Source of the DNA: Trichoplax sp. H2
Lineage: Eukaryota
NCBI GenBank assembly: GCA_003344405.1
Contig: NOWV01000029.1
Location: 434,001-498,000, forward strand
DNA: 64,000 nucleotides
Direction of reading: 5' to 3'
This document shows positions 25,205-40,110 of this stretch, piece after piece. The notes under the pieces were generated by a model. It did no database searches, was not told the DNA's origin, and saw nothing but the letters and a program-made list of their open reading frames with translations. The position numbers and the translations under genes are program-made. How positions within the stretch are numbered: the first letter of the stretch is position 1; every line of letters begins with the position of its first letter.

Positions 25205-27979
25205 ATGAGCTGCGATCAATGGGTTAGTAAATTTGAAATTCAGCCTTCAAAAAATAATGAACTTGATGATCACGAAGTGGATGAAGATGAAGTGGATGTA
25301 GAAAACAATTGCAGATATGAATTTGCAGCCTCTCCTCTAGCTGGACGAGTATCTTACTATGAAGATGATGAAGGGCAGAAGTTGGAAAGAAATTTAGATA
25401 GTAAGTTTCCAAATTCCTTCCTGTACAATCACTTCATTGCCATCGATATTAATATAAACTTTACGGCCAGATTGCGCGCACACACCCGCTTTAATGTTGT
25501 AGCTACTAAAGAAATCCTGTACTCTACTGTAGCGAACCAACATGACCAAATAATACGAGTTTATTCCTCTTCTTGAAATCGCTATCGAACTTACAGTAAT
25601 CCATCGAAGTAGAGCTCCATAGTAAAAAAATATTCAATATTACTGAAGTTAAAGATCGAGTTATGGAACTCGTAATTAATTACTCCAACCAATTAGTCAA
25701 CCGATCGACTTTGGTCATTATCTACATTCAGTAGTTACGTCCATTATACAGTAATTATCGTACGCATATCAACTACCAATGTTTCTTTTCTAATCTATCG
25801 GTGATAATAATTTAAACTATCTTTGAAGGTAGATAACATATAGTGCTATTAACACATATAGAGCTGTCAAATCTGTCTAACTTTGATCGAATAGCTACAG
25901 TGAGTAATCTCAATATTTTTAATATTTCATCAATACTAGCAAATCGTTATTGATCAATCTAATGTCATTAGTAGTGAGTTCATTTTACGTCAACTTCGTA
26001 TTAATTGCTGTCATATTGTACGAGCGGATCTCCCAACTTGTGAGCGCTTGCCTTTATTTAATTTATTACTAATTTTAGAACATAGTAAAGCGTTAATTAA
26101 TTATCATTTTACCACGGCGAGTAATCATCACAATGACTCCTTCAATTACTAAGAATAACTAATTAGTTGCTTATCTAGTTCAAATGATGTAGACCGAGAT
26201 GCCAATTTAAATTGTCAATGTTACAATTTGAGTTTTAGTTATATTCGTATACAGCGCCCTAACCGTCCAATAGAACATTTTTACGCTCCCGTACCGATTG
26301 GGTACTTACTGTACATTTTTAGACGCAAATTGCTCCGAAGACTGGATAAAGTACTTTTACCGTGCCGGGGCTCGTTCAGCTAAAAAATGAGATTGTAGCA
26401 CTCAATTTTTTTTTTGGGGGGGGGGAGAAGAATGCTGTTGCCAACTCACTCTAATGAAATTAATGTACGTGTATTTTTATTTAAATAGCATTAAGAGCTT
26501 TAACAACAAGAAGGAGTATAGCGGATTGTGAAAATCTCCTCAGATCAGGCGATATACCTTTGATGACTGGTGATAATAATAAAGGAGGAAGACATCGTCT
26601 ACAAGATCTTAAATTTGAATCAGTCGCTGCCCGAACTGTAACTGAAGGCAAAAAGAAATTTGTGGTAAGGATTATACGCGTATCCTGGATGTCTTATTAA
26701 CCTTAATCAAAGTTATTCTTGTACCGTAATATCCTACTTTCCAAGTTATAGCGCGTCTTTCATGCAAATAATTATCATCTCCTATATACGTATAGCACTC
26801 TGCTACGTTAAAAATGATACACCTTCTAGGCGTATTATTATACAGTACCAAGAAATATCCAAGTGACTCGATGTAATACAGTATATATGTGTTATTGTTA
26901 GTAAGGCTTAATTTATAATCTAGAGAAAGCGATGAAAACTGGCAAATTCGATCGGTTGCTTTAACTTGCAATATTGAATTAAATCATCATTTATATATTT
27001 CACAGAACATCACGTAAATTGAAAATATCTTGAAAATAGATGCTATGATAAATACTATAGAAGAGAGTATTTCTGTAATTTGCAAGACCTCATTTTAATT
27101 CGGTTAACTTACAGTAAAATCTCGCTAAACACAGCAGTCACGTTTTTTTGTAGCTGACATGTACTGTACACGTATACAGTATGTCAAAATTTCCTTCGTG
27201 TTACGCCGTCTAGAAAAATTTATGTAGACTTTACTGTCATTGATAGTTCTTCACAATTTTCTGTCATTTAGCTCTATGCCCTAGCTCTGGTTAGGACTGA
27301 CGATACAGATGAGATACCACCTATCATTGAGAGGCGATATTCACAGTTTGCAACATTGCATAAAGCGTTGTCATCGAGCCATCCACAAATTGTCAAAAAA
27401 TTCAATTTCCCTCGAAAAGTTGCTATGGGTAACTTCAGCCAATCAACTATTATTAAGCGAAGTACTGCCTTCCAAGATTACTTAAATTTAATTCTGAAAA
27501 GCTCTAATTATGATAGGGGAGATTCAGTGCCATATGCAAGTGTACGATATACTAAAGCATTTGAAGAGTTTTTATATATCAGCGATCTACGTAAAGCATA
27601 TCGAGCAATTCGAGACTCAGATTACTCTAGTGCTGCGGAACACTTACGAATTGGACTTAATATACAACTAGCAGTACTAAGTTATAATCATCCAGAAGTT
27701 ATTGGTACTATGTGTGCCGTTATTATTGTTTATAATGCTTTACAACGCTATGTCTACGCTATTAATACTGCTGACACTACCTTGCAATGGATAGGAAATA
27801 GTACAGAATGCAAATACTATTTACCGCTACTGCAGGATTTAGTAAGATTATCATTTAATGCTGGTTATAACAATGAAAAATATCAAAAATTATTAACTGT
27901 AGAATTAAAAAATAGAAATATGCTAACAAGTAATATAGCATCCCTATCAGAGCTAGTATTCAACACGTTTCAAGATTAG
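25205..27979 (+). CDS. SNX21: Sorting nexin SNX20/SNX21-like (PX + PXB/TPR-like); exons 25205-25400, 26489-26664, 27272-27979
   Basis: Acidic N-terminus; LKFESVAARTVTEGKKKFV|LYALALVRT...IERRYSQFATLHKAL...FPRKVAMGNFSQSTIIKRSTAFQDYL is a PX domain with the RRY motif, followed by a helical PXB region. Splice phases are consistent. Confidence 0.88.
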
Positions 27980-28769
27980 TAATATTCCTAAGGAGAAATT
28001 CCAATGATTGTTGAATATGATTACTTTTTTGCGACAAAAACAAAGCAAAATTATCTATGTATACAAGTGCCAAAAATAATTGGAGATATCATGCCTGTAA
28101 TCAAATTTATATTAAATTAAATTTAAATTTTGTAATAGCTGTCTTAATCAACCTTTTATTCTTATAATGAGTTTTTGTTAAGATAATATTATTAATAACT
28201 TACTAGTATATCGTTATTACTTACGATTGGTTTGTCAAATATACTACAAGGTACATGTTGCAATTCATTGTTAATTTAGAAACTTAAACTCTTATTGCTA
28301 ATATATTAGGCACTGACATCTATAGAGATTCTACATTATTAAAGTACGATATTTTCATCTGGTAAAGAAAAGATAGATGATCGAATTGATGAATTGTGAC
28401 AGCGTCTAGTAATGTAACTTAGTATAGATTAATATATTCATTTATCTTCAATGCATACAGCATTTCTGAAAGTTGCACATGTAATTTGATTAAGTACCGT
28501 ACATTATAGTAACTAGTCTAAATAATAATATTATAATGCTTTAAAGCCAACAACGTGTAAAACCATACTTTGCATCTGTTTATGTAACAATTGTAATAGC
28601 AATTGACAAATTCTCTCAAAATTGTTTCTGGTTAAAATGTCTATGATCAGATTCTTTCATTAATAAAGTCAACTGATTGCGCTATAATTAATAATACCTT
28701 TTATTATATCATAGTAACTTTGATAAATCGACGTAGCTATAGTGATTAATTTCCGGGAGTTTTTGCATG

Positions 28770-28985
28770 AAATTGTAAAATCGTAGCTTCTTTTATTTTC
28801 ATGAATGTAATGTAGTAATTAGTATTTTACCGAGAATGTATCATTATAGCCTGGTAGATCGACCTGGTGGTAATTAAATTCCGAGAGTCTTACATTAAAT
28901 TGTAAAACTGTAGCTTCTTCTACTTTTATTTGGTGTATAGAACTTATCAGCACCTGAATATAATGTAGTAATCAGTATTTTACAA
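28770..28985. repeat. Degenerate two-copy direct repeat between the convergent SNX and INTS8 3' ends
   Basis: aattgtaaaa(tc/ct)gtagcttctt...gaat(g/a)taatgtagtaat(t/c)agtattttac appears twice. Confidence 0.6.
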
Positions 28986-29233
28986 AGAAAACAGGGAAAC
29001 AATACTATGAGGTGGTGAAGGAGGCGGCATGTAACTAGATAAATTTTTATAACTTTCGCAGTCAAGTTTAAAAAAAAATGCAATTCTGGTAAGAATATCT
29101 TAAGCAGAAAAAATTAATATCGCGGTACTGTACACAGATATCATTTTCATTTACATTAAGTTATATATATATATATATACAGTTTTTAATAATAATAATA
29201 TAATAAATATCAAGTCGTATATTTCTAATAAAA

Positions 29234-32200
29234 TCACTGAAGATACTGATGAGCCAATGCAACTAGAAACCGACGCTTTCTACTTCTCATTGCGTGTAGT
29301 AGTATGTCTGTGGAATTATATGAATTAAGCTCCGGCTGATTCAAGCAAGACATCTAAAAATTTAAAAAACGTAAAATATAAGAATTGAATGATTTTATCT
29401 CAGTTTATACTACGCACATTGGCTATAAAAATAAATACTTTTGTTACTAACCGCAATTTGTTGTTTGTCGTACTCTCCTCTCATTGAGTGTAGATCTGTA
29501 TTTTTTAAACAAAATTTCTGTAATTAATACAATCTAATAACAGTAATAAACTTTCGAAAAATACTTGATAACATACGAATTATAGCCTCTAAGATTGTTG
29601 TCTCCCATATACAATGATAATAGGTCTCCATTGCATCCTCACTGGAATTAAATTTGTGCATACGTATGAAAAGAAAATGGTTAAAAAAGACAGCCTTCAA
29701 GTAGCTATTGATAGATTGTAAACTAGCATTATCTATACCTATTGTGTTGTTGTACAGCACGTATAGCCATATTAAAATCGACAGGAGTAAGAAATTGGCA
29801 TAAGACAGCTGCCTGTAAGATAAACGAAATTTACTTAGTATATCCTGCTATTTTAAAACATAAATTATTTAATAGAGATGAACATAAAAGTTAAGTTACT
29901 GCATAAGACATAAACCTGCGTGTGGCAAAATAAGGCTGAACAACATGATATCATTCTGCGATAAACCTGAAAGAAAGATTTTTAAATTCATTATGAAAAG
30001 CTACAGATAGAATACATCTACAAGAAATTTATCTCTGTATCTCCAGTATTTACTAAATCATCCCAAATATCGGTAGGAACTTCGTTTAAAAAATATGACG
30101 ATGAAATGGCTCCAGCTTCGATATAATTCCTGAGAGATGTAGGATATTTTCTAATAACTGTAAGAAATGTAACGAAACTTTTTGTAATTAAAAGTGGATA
30201 GGTGAAATATTCCAAAAAGGAATTCGCTACTTAGTAAATTAACTTACTATAATTGAAGTCTCCTTGAGTACGCAACCAAGAAGTATCCATCGGATAAATG
30301 GATAGTGCATGACGTAATAATTCCATTGTTGTTAATAACAGTGTATCCTGGCTCCCTACATAGACTCTACATAAAGATTCCCAGAAATTTATTAGACGAA
30401 CAAATAGATTAGCGATATAACATTATGCTTACAGATTCTTGTTAATACAGCCTTCCCATACTGGCAGAAATCGACAGTAGGTTTGTTCTTTCTCACTAAC
30501 GTCCTTAGGACTTTGCTGAGAAAGAAAAAATGTTTGTCACTATCTGAACCAATAGTTATTATGAAATATTCAAATCATCGTTTTCATAAAATGGCAAATT
30601 ACCTTCAGATTATTTAGTAACTTGACAAGACATGACAGTAGTATACTTAGGACTATTGGATCCTACATTATCAGATACGAACGGAATAAAAAGCAAATTA
30701 CTTGCAGGGAAATAATTAAAGCAAATAAACTATAATATTGACATAGCATTACTCTAATCTTTGTGCAGAAACCGATAAATTCCGAGCTATTAACAAATTG
30801 AACATTCAGTTAGCAAATATCAAATACATGATCTCAATAATCGATAACAGTATTAAAAATTTCTTATTATGGTATGTACCGTTCCATATGACATCCAGAG
30901 TAACGAACACTAATAGCTTTATCGTTACGATAAACGGTGACTTCGAATATACCTAGTACTGATGCAAAAAGGTAATTATTTATGATATTTTCAACTAAGA
31001 ATTTGCAACATTATTTAACTGATTGATAATAAAATGCTAATATTACCTGTATTCAACAGTTGCATGGTTTGATTTACATCACTCATACTCGATTCATTAA
31101 CGCTTAAACACACCCTTGCTAATTTTCCTGAGAGCTATTTAAAAGTAAAGATGTAATAAACTTAATCCATTTTTAGTCACTATATATTAATATATTGATT
31201 TATTACCTCTAATATTCTGTTTTGTCGACAATCTACGCTATATAACGACCACTTTTCAAAAGCATCCCATAGTTTGCAGTTCAATAAGAATGCAGAACAA
31301 CTTTCGACTACGAAAGCATTTGGTAAAACATCTGTAATTAAGAATGAAATTTTAAGTTCATCTTGACAATCAGTCCGTCAGTAAAATAAGGCTTAAATCC
31401 TAAGTAAAAAATGTAATTGTCATTAATTATTATTTTTATCTTCAGAAACGAAATCTTACTTGGACATTGTGGTACCGGACTCATGATAGAAATAACTTGA
31501 TCTCGCAAATCATAAAGCAGACTTCTGCGTAAATTTATTTATAAATGCTGTTAGGTAAAAGTAACTGAAATAACTTATTAACAAGAATAATACCTCTTAT
31601 TATTAATATCTTCTTCAACTTCAAAACGAAGGACCTCAACTGCCAGTACATGTTGATCAACTATTCTTAAAAGCTGAACTTGCGATCTTTTATCGAATAT
31701 TGTATTAAGAACTTGATCCTTGCAACAACTGCCAAGAAGCTTTGCTTGATCAAAATTCTTTCGTTACGAGCAATAAATATATATACAGTAGTCAATTAGT
31801 TTTAATTATAGTGATGATATCGTTAGCTAACAATGTTACCTTTAATTGCAAGCAATGTGCCGCTTTCGAAAGTAATATATAAACAAGATCGCGAATATTT
31901 GCATCTTGCACAATTTCACGCAGGATATCCAAGTTGAAATTGGCTGGCAGGAGCTAGTGTATATCATTGCAGTACGGTTAGCAAAGAATAACCTTATCGC
32001 AAAAACATCATAAATCCAACCTTTGTACACACACTTGAGTATTGAATATGCGGATTTAATTCTCGAAGTCTCTTTACAACACAACAGATATGATCAGGCT
32101 TAAATGATGTTAATAGCTCATATTTTAACTGTCCCTCATCTAAATTTTGATAATCACGTAAACCTGTCCATATGAAATTAAAGAAATATTGTCATTTAAA

Positions 32201-35125
32201 TGCTTATTTAACAAAAACATTTCTTTACGCATTTCATTGTAATTACCAGTGATATGTTTCTTCGAAGCTATAGATAACGCATCTACTAGAGTAATGTCAG
32301 GAGTATTTGCCAGGTCCTTATCGTTATCACAGCTAACATCCTACATTGAAAAATTTAATCAATTTTTCAAAATTCTTATTTTAAGAAAATTAAAATGATA
32401 CTTTATAACTTTGTTACCTCCATATTCACTTCAGTCTCTTTATTAATCGTGGAATTGGATAAGATAGCCATAGAAGCCGCTAAATATCCATTTAAAGACT
32501 TGTCGTCTATAAAGCCAAATGTTATGATTCTGTTGATATCCTATAATAGGAGAAATAATAATTTTGAAAAGCCTCATACAACAGCCATTATTAATATTAT
32601 TGTCATTATTCTATAATAGTATCTTAAAATAGGGTATAGCTTAAAATGAGTACCTCTTCGCCTAATTTCTTTACTATTTGAAATAGACTTAGAGCTTCCT
32701 GATATTGTTGGCGGAAGAAATAGATTGTTCCTAATTCGTAACTTATCTAGTATATAAAGAGGTCACGTATAAATAATAGAAAGCATTATCTACGCGTATG
32801 ATACAGTAAATACCGTAAAACTTATTGTAAAGTTGATGCTATAATATAACCTGGCATATCATTTGATTAGTCGTTATAGTTTTGTTTAAAGTATTATAAA
32901 TAGCGAAATCAGGATTAGATAGCAAATCGCTGCTGTCGAATAGGTGATGGATAACTGAATATGGAAGATTTCTAGGAGATAATAAGGCTTGCTGAAGAAA
33001 TTGTATAGATACATCGGCGGATTTCGATACCTTGCAAGTAATTCATGAAAAGTTATCTTAAAATTACATTGTAAGCTTCGATGGTTATTATTATTATTAT
33101 TTTAAGAAATTATTGTTTATTACCACTTCATAAACTTGAGGATTACTTATCTGCAGTAAAGACTGCTGTTCACCGGACTGAGATCTTAAAGAGTAATAAT
33201 TGATTAATTAGCTGGTAAAGAAATACATATTTTAGTCTACAATTTTTCACTTTAATTGGTGCATACAAGATTTGAATTGCTGGTTGTACAGGATCATATA
33301 GTATCGAATTTTTAATTGTTTTTCTAATATTCCTAATTAGAAGAAATGAAGAGGTTCATTATCAAGTATTTAATAGCTACAGGCTAGCGGGAAATTAATT
33401 GTAATTTAAAGTGCAGCTATGGTAAGGTTAAAAGTTACCACATATGATAAAAGCAAAGGATTAAGTAGGACTCATCATTTAAATCAGCAATTTTAATATT
33501 AGTCCAATTCTCCTATAATGAATAAGATTAAAAATGAAATCAGGGCGCAGTACGGTAACACTATAACCCAGTTATTTCATCTACTGTCAAGCTTTAGTAA
33601 AATATAATATTTTAATGATAAGAATAGAAAGCTGTAATTCTTACACAGGGACGTATTGCTTTCTTTATCAATTCACTCATGAGTAAATATTGCGATGACA
33701 ATTGTAGGCTAAAAATAAGATTCAATTTTAGACATTATTTCGAAGAATGGATCTATTCACTCTTCAAGAATGATATATTTTAATTTTATATCGGATGCTG
33801 TTAGTAAAGTATACTTTACCAATCGTTAAGCCTGGTTAAATCCCAATTCAATACGACTATTGAATACATGATATAATAACGAGTAATATATAATTTATAT
33901 CCATATTTTTGTTGCTTCTTATCCTTGGTATCCATGACACTCTCTATCTGATCGTCATTATTAGCCTAGAATGTGTAAATAGGCAAGTATACATATTGGA
34001 ATGAGATTATCGCTTTTAGTACAGCATGAGATGGTCATTGAGCTCTATTCTAAGCTATACTGTACTGTGCTGTACAAACGTGTGCTGAAAGTTCGTCGTC
34101 CACCCCTATCGATCAATTTGTGATGGAAGTGGATGAACTCTTACTGTACGGTGTAGATATTTGTAATTGATATGCTTTGTACAGTAAAGAAATTTGTAAT
34201 TGGTAGATATACACAGATGGATTGTGTCTATTGCACTTTTAGAAATAGTAACAAATGAGCCAATTTTACGTTCATAACAGTGATAAGATGCTTGCACTTT
34301 GAGCGTTTTAGCAAAATTTATTATTGATCGGCCTTGTAGCAACAATATCGCTGGACTAGCAATGATTATGATAGTGGATTTGTTTGGATGGAATACATAT
34401 ATGATTCTGGACTGTAGATACCGATTTCGTAAATAGCAATTTCATACCAATGTGGAATTGTTGTCGGCTTGAAGAGCAAAATAAACGAAGGACGGATTTT
34501 CTCTACTTTCTAGCTGTCGTACGATCATTTGTAATGTCTTCCCAGCTGTAAAGAGATTGAAATAATATTATCTCCATTCAATAAAATAGCCATAGAAAAA
34601 ATTTGAATACTCGCATAGGCTAACTCGACTACCATTTCTTATTGATCATACAATAGACTACTTGAGTGAAATGTTGTACGTACGTTTCTATCCATTCACA
34701 CGCAACATTACCAGTCACTTAATAATACAGTACTGTGTCCTGTTACCTTTTCTCAACCTTGTACTTATTGCAGTGTTGATTTACTCCATTTAAATTATAC
34801 TCATGTATATTCACATTATTGATAAACTTGAAAGAGAGGACAATTTCTATGATCAAATTATCCTGTACTAATTCAATTTAATATTTGTTTGTAAAGTATC
34901 CATGCAAAAAATAGACTTTCCTATTTCGTTACGAATACAACGTCTGACATTGAATGGTCATGTTGCTAACACACTCATTGGAATCGCTTCCTTTTTCAAA
35001 GAATGCCATTTCTATCCGTACATACTTTGAGCAGGATCCAGTAGATGCGTGTCGAATTTTTTCAGATCGGTAAAATAGTCCCAATAGGTCGTTAGTTCCG
35101 GTTTGTCTAGTTCACGGTGATCCAT
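29234..35125 (-). CDS. INTS8: Integrator complex subunit 8, multi-exon
   Basis: C-term AMETYYHCIWETTILE...CLNQPELNSYNSTDILLHAMRSRKRRFLVALAHQYLQ* and YIEAGAISSSYFLNEVPTDIW match recalled INTS8. N-term MDHRELDKPELTTYWDYFTDLKKFDTHL and LNWDLTRLND align to the INTS8 N-terminus. Confidence 0.9.
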
Positions 35126-36167
35126 TTTGGCTTTTTTTTCTCTCTCTCTTCTTCTTCCTTTTTCTAAAATGCAATGAAATTGGCAGAGAGAAACGCGCGC
35201 CTAAAATAGAATGAGGTAGCACAAGTTTGTTGGGATGAGCTGTGGTAGGACGTTTGCGGTGAACTGACCTGCGGACTTCACCACACCACACGTCATGGTG
35301 TAAGTACAGTGCTATAGTAATCATTGTATGGCTACTATTGAGTGTCGCGTATCGTTTAAAGGTATTGCTATGGGCTGTTGCGAGCACAGTACAGTACGGT
35401 GCAGCCACTAAAATCGTGGATACAGTCAGTCATCGTAAACTATGGGTCAGCCGCAGTACCAGTATGTAGTATTGTATCATTGAGATTTTCTTACCCCTAT
35501 AGAGACTACTGTACATTTGTACAATGTAGAGTGCAAAGTCAAAAGGAATTTTCTCTATTTCCAATATTATTTTGCCTCTATCGATCGAAGATTGCTTCTA
35601 GAAATGGTATTTCTACTAGTCGATGCCTATGCCACTGTAGAAATATACCCGCAGTATATTTCTACAAGTCTAGGGCATCAGTAGGCAGCAGACGTATGCA
35701 GTGCATTTCCTGTAGTGTTCTGTATGAGTGTACGTACAGCTGTACATCTGTTACACTTCAATCACTAGTATGGATTAAGTGAAGAGACGCAGTGTCCATG
35801 GGCCACCATAATATACTGTATAGTGAAAGAATACTGGTTAGGGGAAATTGTTAAAATGGTAATGTTAATTCCTTGTCAAGGTTAATGAGTTCAACCGAGT
35901 TTATTAATCAGTCAATGACATTCCAACAGATGTAGGAGTACAGCGAGAGTCTATTGTGCTCATACTCTTCATATTACCGATTGATACTGATAGCATTGAA
36001 TGGCACTGATAATAGACAACTTCTACTAGATACGGACTAGATAAGATTGACTTATCTACCACAGTAGGACAATCGAAAGCAGACACTCATTGACTCAGCT
36101 GGTGCCAACCCCAATTCATCTCCATTTTTTCTGTAGCCCTCTTTCTACACAGTTCCACTGAATTGAA

Positions 36168-39100
36168 ATGGCTAATTTAAAGCTAATTGTGGCAAATCAC
36201 TGTTATATCTTTCTACTCTTTATTATTACATTCATTTCCAACTATCCGAGTAATGTTGTTGCTAATATCGATGTTAAGAAATCCATCGTTTATGGACCTG
36301 GATTAATCGCGGATGCCGCATTACCTGCCCGTTATTTTTTGATACAAGCTCGAGATAAACCAGGAAGGAAGTAAGATTGATAGCAATACCTTTAGATCGC
36401 TAAACTGAATCAAATAAGGAAATTATGCAGTCAACGTATTTTATTCTAACGTTCATCAAATCGTACAATTCTAATTGAGGTTAAAGTATTCAACGCCCAC
36501 ACTAGATGTACATTGTACAGAACAGTACAGTCATCATAGCTCGATTTACTTTCCATCTTGTTGAGTATCAAGCATCATTGCTACTATGAACTAAATCACA
36601 ACAATACTCGTATGTCCTTGAAGTGAATTAATCTAAAAATTTATATCATAAACGCTCTACAAACTTCTTTGCCATTAAACATACATAAGACTGTATCGAA
36701 ATATACAGTATACTAGCGTTAAAATAATGCAGTTAGATTGAACCATCATGAAATAGCATGAACAACGTGAAGATGCTATTACCCTTGAAAATACAATAAA
36801 GTCGAGACTACATATATAGAAATACTAAATTATTAATAAATAACCATAGTAATTGAGAGTATATTGTACTTTGAATGAATTATTTATAAGTGCTTACGAA
36901 ATATCTTCATAAATGCACAATAACTTGATTACGTGTGAAAATATTGTGGTAGAAATAGCTTCTTAGTAACATACTCTTTCCTATCGTTACTATCAATATG
37001 ATTATAGTATTAGCTATGATATAAGCGAAGATAGCTTTGATATCTCTATTGGCCCTCCGAATGAACGAGGAAGAATTTGGGTACAAAAATATAAATATAG
37101 CAGAGGCAGAGTACTAGTAAGATATCGTATGTTCCAGAGCTATCGTGATATTCAAATCCAAATCCTTTATAAAGGGAAACATGTGGCCAACTCTCCGTAT
37201 TGGTTAAAAGGTTATTATCCGTATGTACCTCGCTCTGTTCTCTCGAGTGATACTATTAATATGTTTTTCTTTCATTAAAATATTTTTTGCTCATCAAATT
37301 ATCATTGAATTTGATCAGTATAAACTAAAACATATCTGATACTAATCATATCGAACCTTTGTTCTTACTATAAACATTACACTGTACACTGTCCATCTTA
37401 ACTTGGTATAGGAGGTGTATATCATGAAGAATGCCATTGTCCGATGCAAGATACTCAGAAATGGCTACAAGCAATGAATTGTAATTTAAATCAATCTCAA
37501 ATTGAGCGAGATCTAGCAAAGTTTCAAAAAGTAAACCTGAAAAGTTTAAGGCAAGAGGGGCTCGATCGCTTTGGAAAACACCATGCAATCTGCCATTACT
37601 CCGTTATATCAAATAAGGTTAGAATACTATAACATTGAATTTCTCCATCGTTCTGATCGATCTAATAGTAAATTAACGAGCTGGTTATTATTGTGTTAAT
37701 CGACCAATAAACTATATACAATGAATTATTGTTGTTTCAGTGATTACTATAATATATATTTATGTACTGTACATCGAATATAGGTTGCATTTGGTCGACT
37801 ACTTTGATTAATTTAATTTAGAAGATACTATAGTTTATAAATGCAGTTACATGCACGCGTACGCGTAGAGTCACAAAGAAAATTTCCTATTTTATTGTCA
37901 TCCAAATGTAACCATAAACATACAATCCAAGTACGGCTATTTAGCTAAAATTTTGGATCAAGTGTAGAGTTGCTTTTACCCTAAAAAATAGTTTAGCGAT
38001 ATAATGATCATATCATATTATCTTAATTGACTGAAGTATATTATACTGTATTTGTGAACTAAATGAATAGGTCTACAGAAACTGCTATGGAGAGCATGTA
38101 GGATTTAAAATGTTTATGGATGCTATTTTGCTATCCTTAGCGAGAAAGGTAAGGCACTTTCAATTTTTTAAGGGCATATCGCATTATAGGCTACGTCTTT
38201 TCTTTTAAATCACAACCCTATAATGATCACCATGTCAGTTAATTAACTAAGGATTATTAGTAGAATCGTACAATATGACCTATATTAATTTTAGAGCACT
38301 GTTTAATTTAAAATAAGCGCTGCAAAACCATTGGTAGTCATGCTCAATATACACGACTATACTATACGCGTATATCTATCTGAAAAATAAGGTCGATAAG
38401 AATTAGAATGATTGGAATATCCAGTGTCACTGTAGATTAAATATTATTAGATACGGAAATGCTTTCATTTTTTACTGCAACAGAAATTATTATTACTTTT
38501 GTATGATTGAAATCCCCTAATAGCTTGCATTACAATATTTGTACAATTTTAATAGGTAAAACTTCCAGACCTAGAGTTCATCTCAAATCTAGGAGATTGG
38601 CCGCTAGAAAATCAGCAAAATAATTTAATTCCTATCTTCTCATGGTGTGGATCAGAAACCACTAGCGACATTGTGATGCCAACATATGATTTAACACAAT
38701 CAACGTTAGAAATGATGGGCAGGTAAAATTATTCAGTCTTAATAAAGAGGTAGTCCAATGATTTATTCGTTACAACAGAAAAATAGATATCAAATTTAAA
38801 CGTTAGCTTTGGATTACTTAGACTAATTTTAGAATTTATAGAGAGTAATTTACATTCTATCGGAACACTTTATCTCTAGAGTTTCTGTCGATGTACTTGC
38901 CGTTCAAGGAAGTACTGGTCCAAAATGGAAGGATAAAATTGAAAAAGGATTTTGGCGAGGCCGTGATAGTCGACAAGAGAGACTGAATTTAGTTATAATG
39001 GGAAGAAACAACACTGACTTAATGGATACGGCTTTAACCAATTTCTTTTTCTTTAAGCATGATGAAGCATTATATGGGCCTATACAAAAGCATATCTCGT

Positions 39101-40110
39101 TGTTCGATTTTTTTAAGGTAAGACCATACTTTACAAATTATCCTAATTTTATGAAATAAATAAATTGGTTAATCCTACTTTAAGAATATCTACTTAACAA
39201 TGTAGCAAATTTTTATCATTGCTTAATGCTAATGCAATTTTAAATTCATTACTAATTAATTTACTCTTTGCCGTCTTTCTATTAGTATAAGTACCAGATA
39301 ACACTCGATGGTACAGTTGCTGCTTACAGAGTACCATATATTCTTGCCGGTGACTCCCTAGTATTAAAGCAGGATTCAGAATATTATGAACATTTCTACA
39401 AGGATCTAAAGGCTTGGACACATTACGTCCCTATAAAGAGAGATTTAAGTGATTTAATTGAAAAAATTAAATGGGCAAAAAACAATGATAAACAGGTTTA
39501 CTATTTTTGCTATAGTTAGTTTTTATTGCGTATTTTTTTGGCTCCAAATATCCATTTAACGATTTGACAAATTCTTGCTAATCATACTGTCTACCTTACA
39601 TTTTAGGCAAAAACAATTGCCCAAAATGCCCAACAATTTGTTTTAGACAATTTACTTCCAGATCCAATTTTTTGTTACCATTGGCAGTTATTTAATGTAA
39701 GCTAAATTGAGGTGGTTGATTATCATCACTACTTTTGTGTAATCTTATGTCCATTACGTTTCTCTTACTAATATTTTTCGAGATTGAATAATAATTCTAA
39801 TAAAGCACTAAAAATTATTGCCATTTAATTTAAGGAATACTCTAAACGTTTAACTTCAAAACCTCGAAGAAGAAAAGGTATGGAGCGAGTTAAAGAAGAA
39901 GATAAATCAAGAAGCGATTGCAATTGCGAGAGAAAAAACAAGGTGCTGTATATTTGTCATTTAATCCTTAGCTTTAATCATGATAGTTAAAGTTGACTTT
40001 TTGTGTAAATCATATTTGTAATATCCATTCGATTCGCACATATACTTTGCTTTTTTTTTAATTTAATGAATCGAATTGTTTAATTATCAAAGGTTCGTGA
40101 TGAGTTGTAA
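36168..40110 (+). CDS. POGLUT2: KDEL-containing protein O-glucosyltransferase (KDELC1/2 = POGLUT2/3; filamin-like + CAP10/GT90 domain), 10 coding exons, C-terminal RDEL
   Basis: Signal peptide; VYGPGL...[62 protein letters not shown]; last exon VRDEL* (ER-retention signal). Confidence 0.95.

Noticed and set aside
35378..35782. 134-aa ORF in the INTS8/POGLUT2 intergenic region
   Set aside because: Non-ATG start, no homology recognised, lies in a divergent promoter
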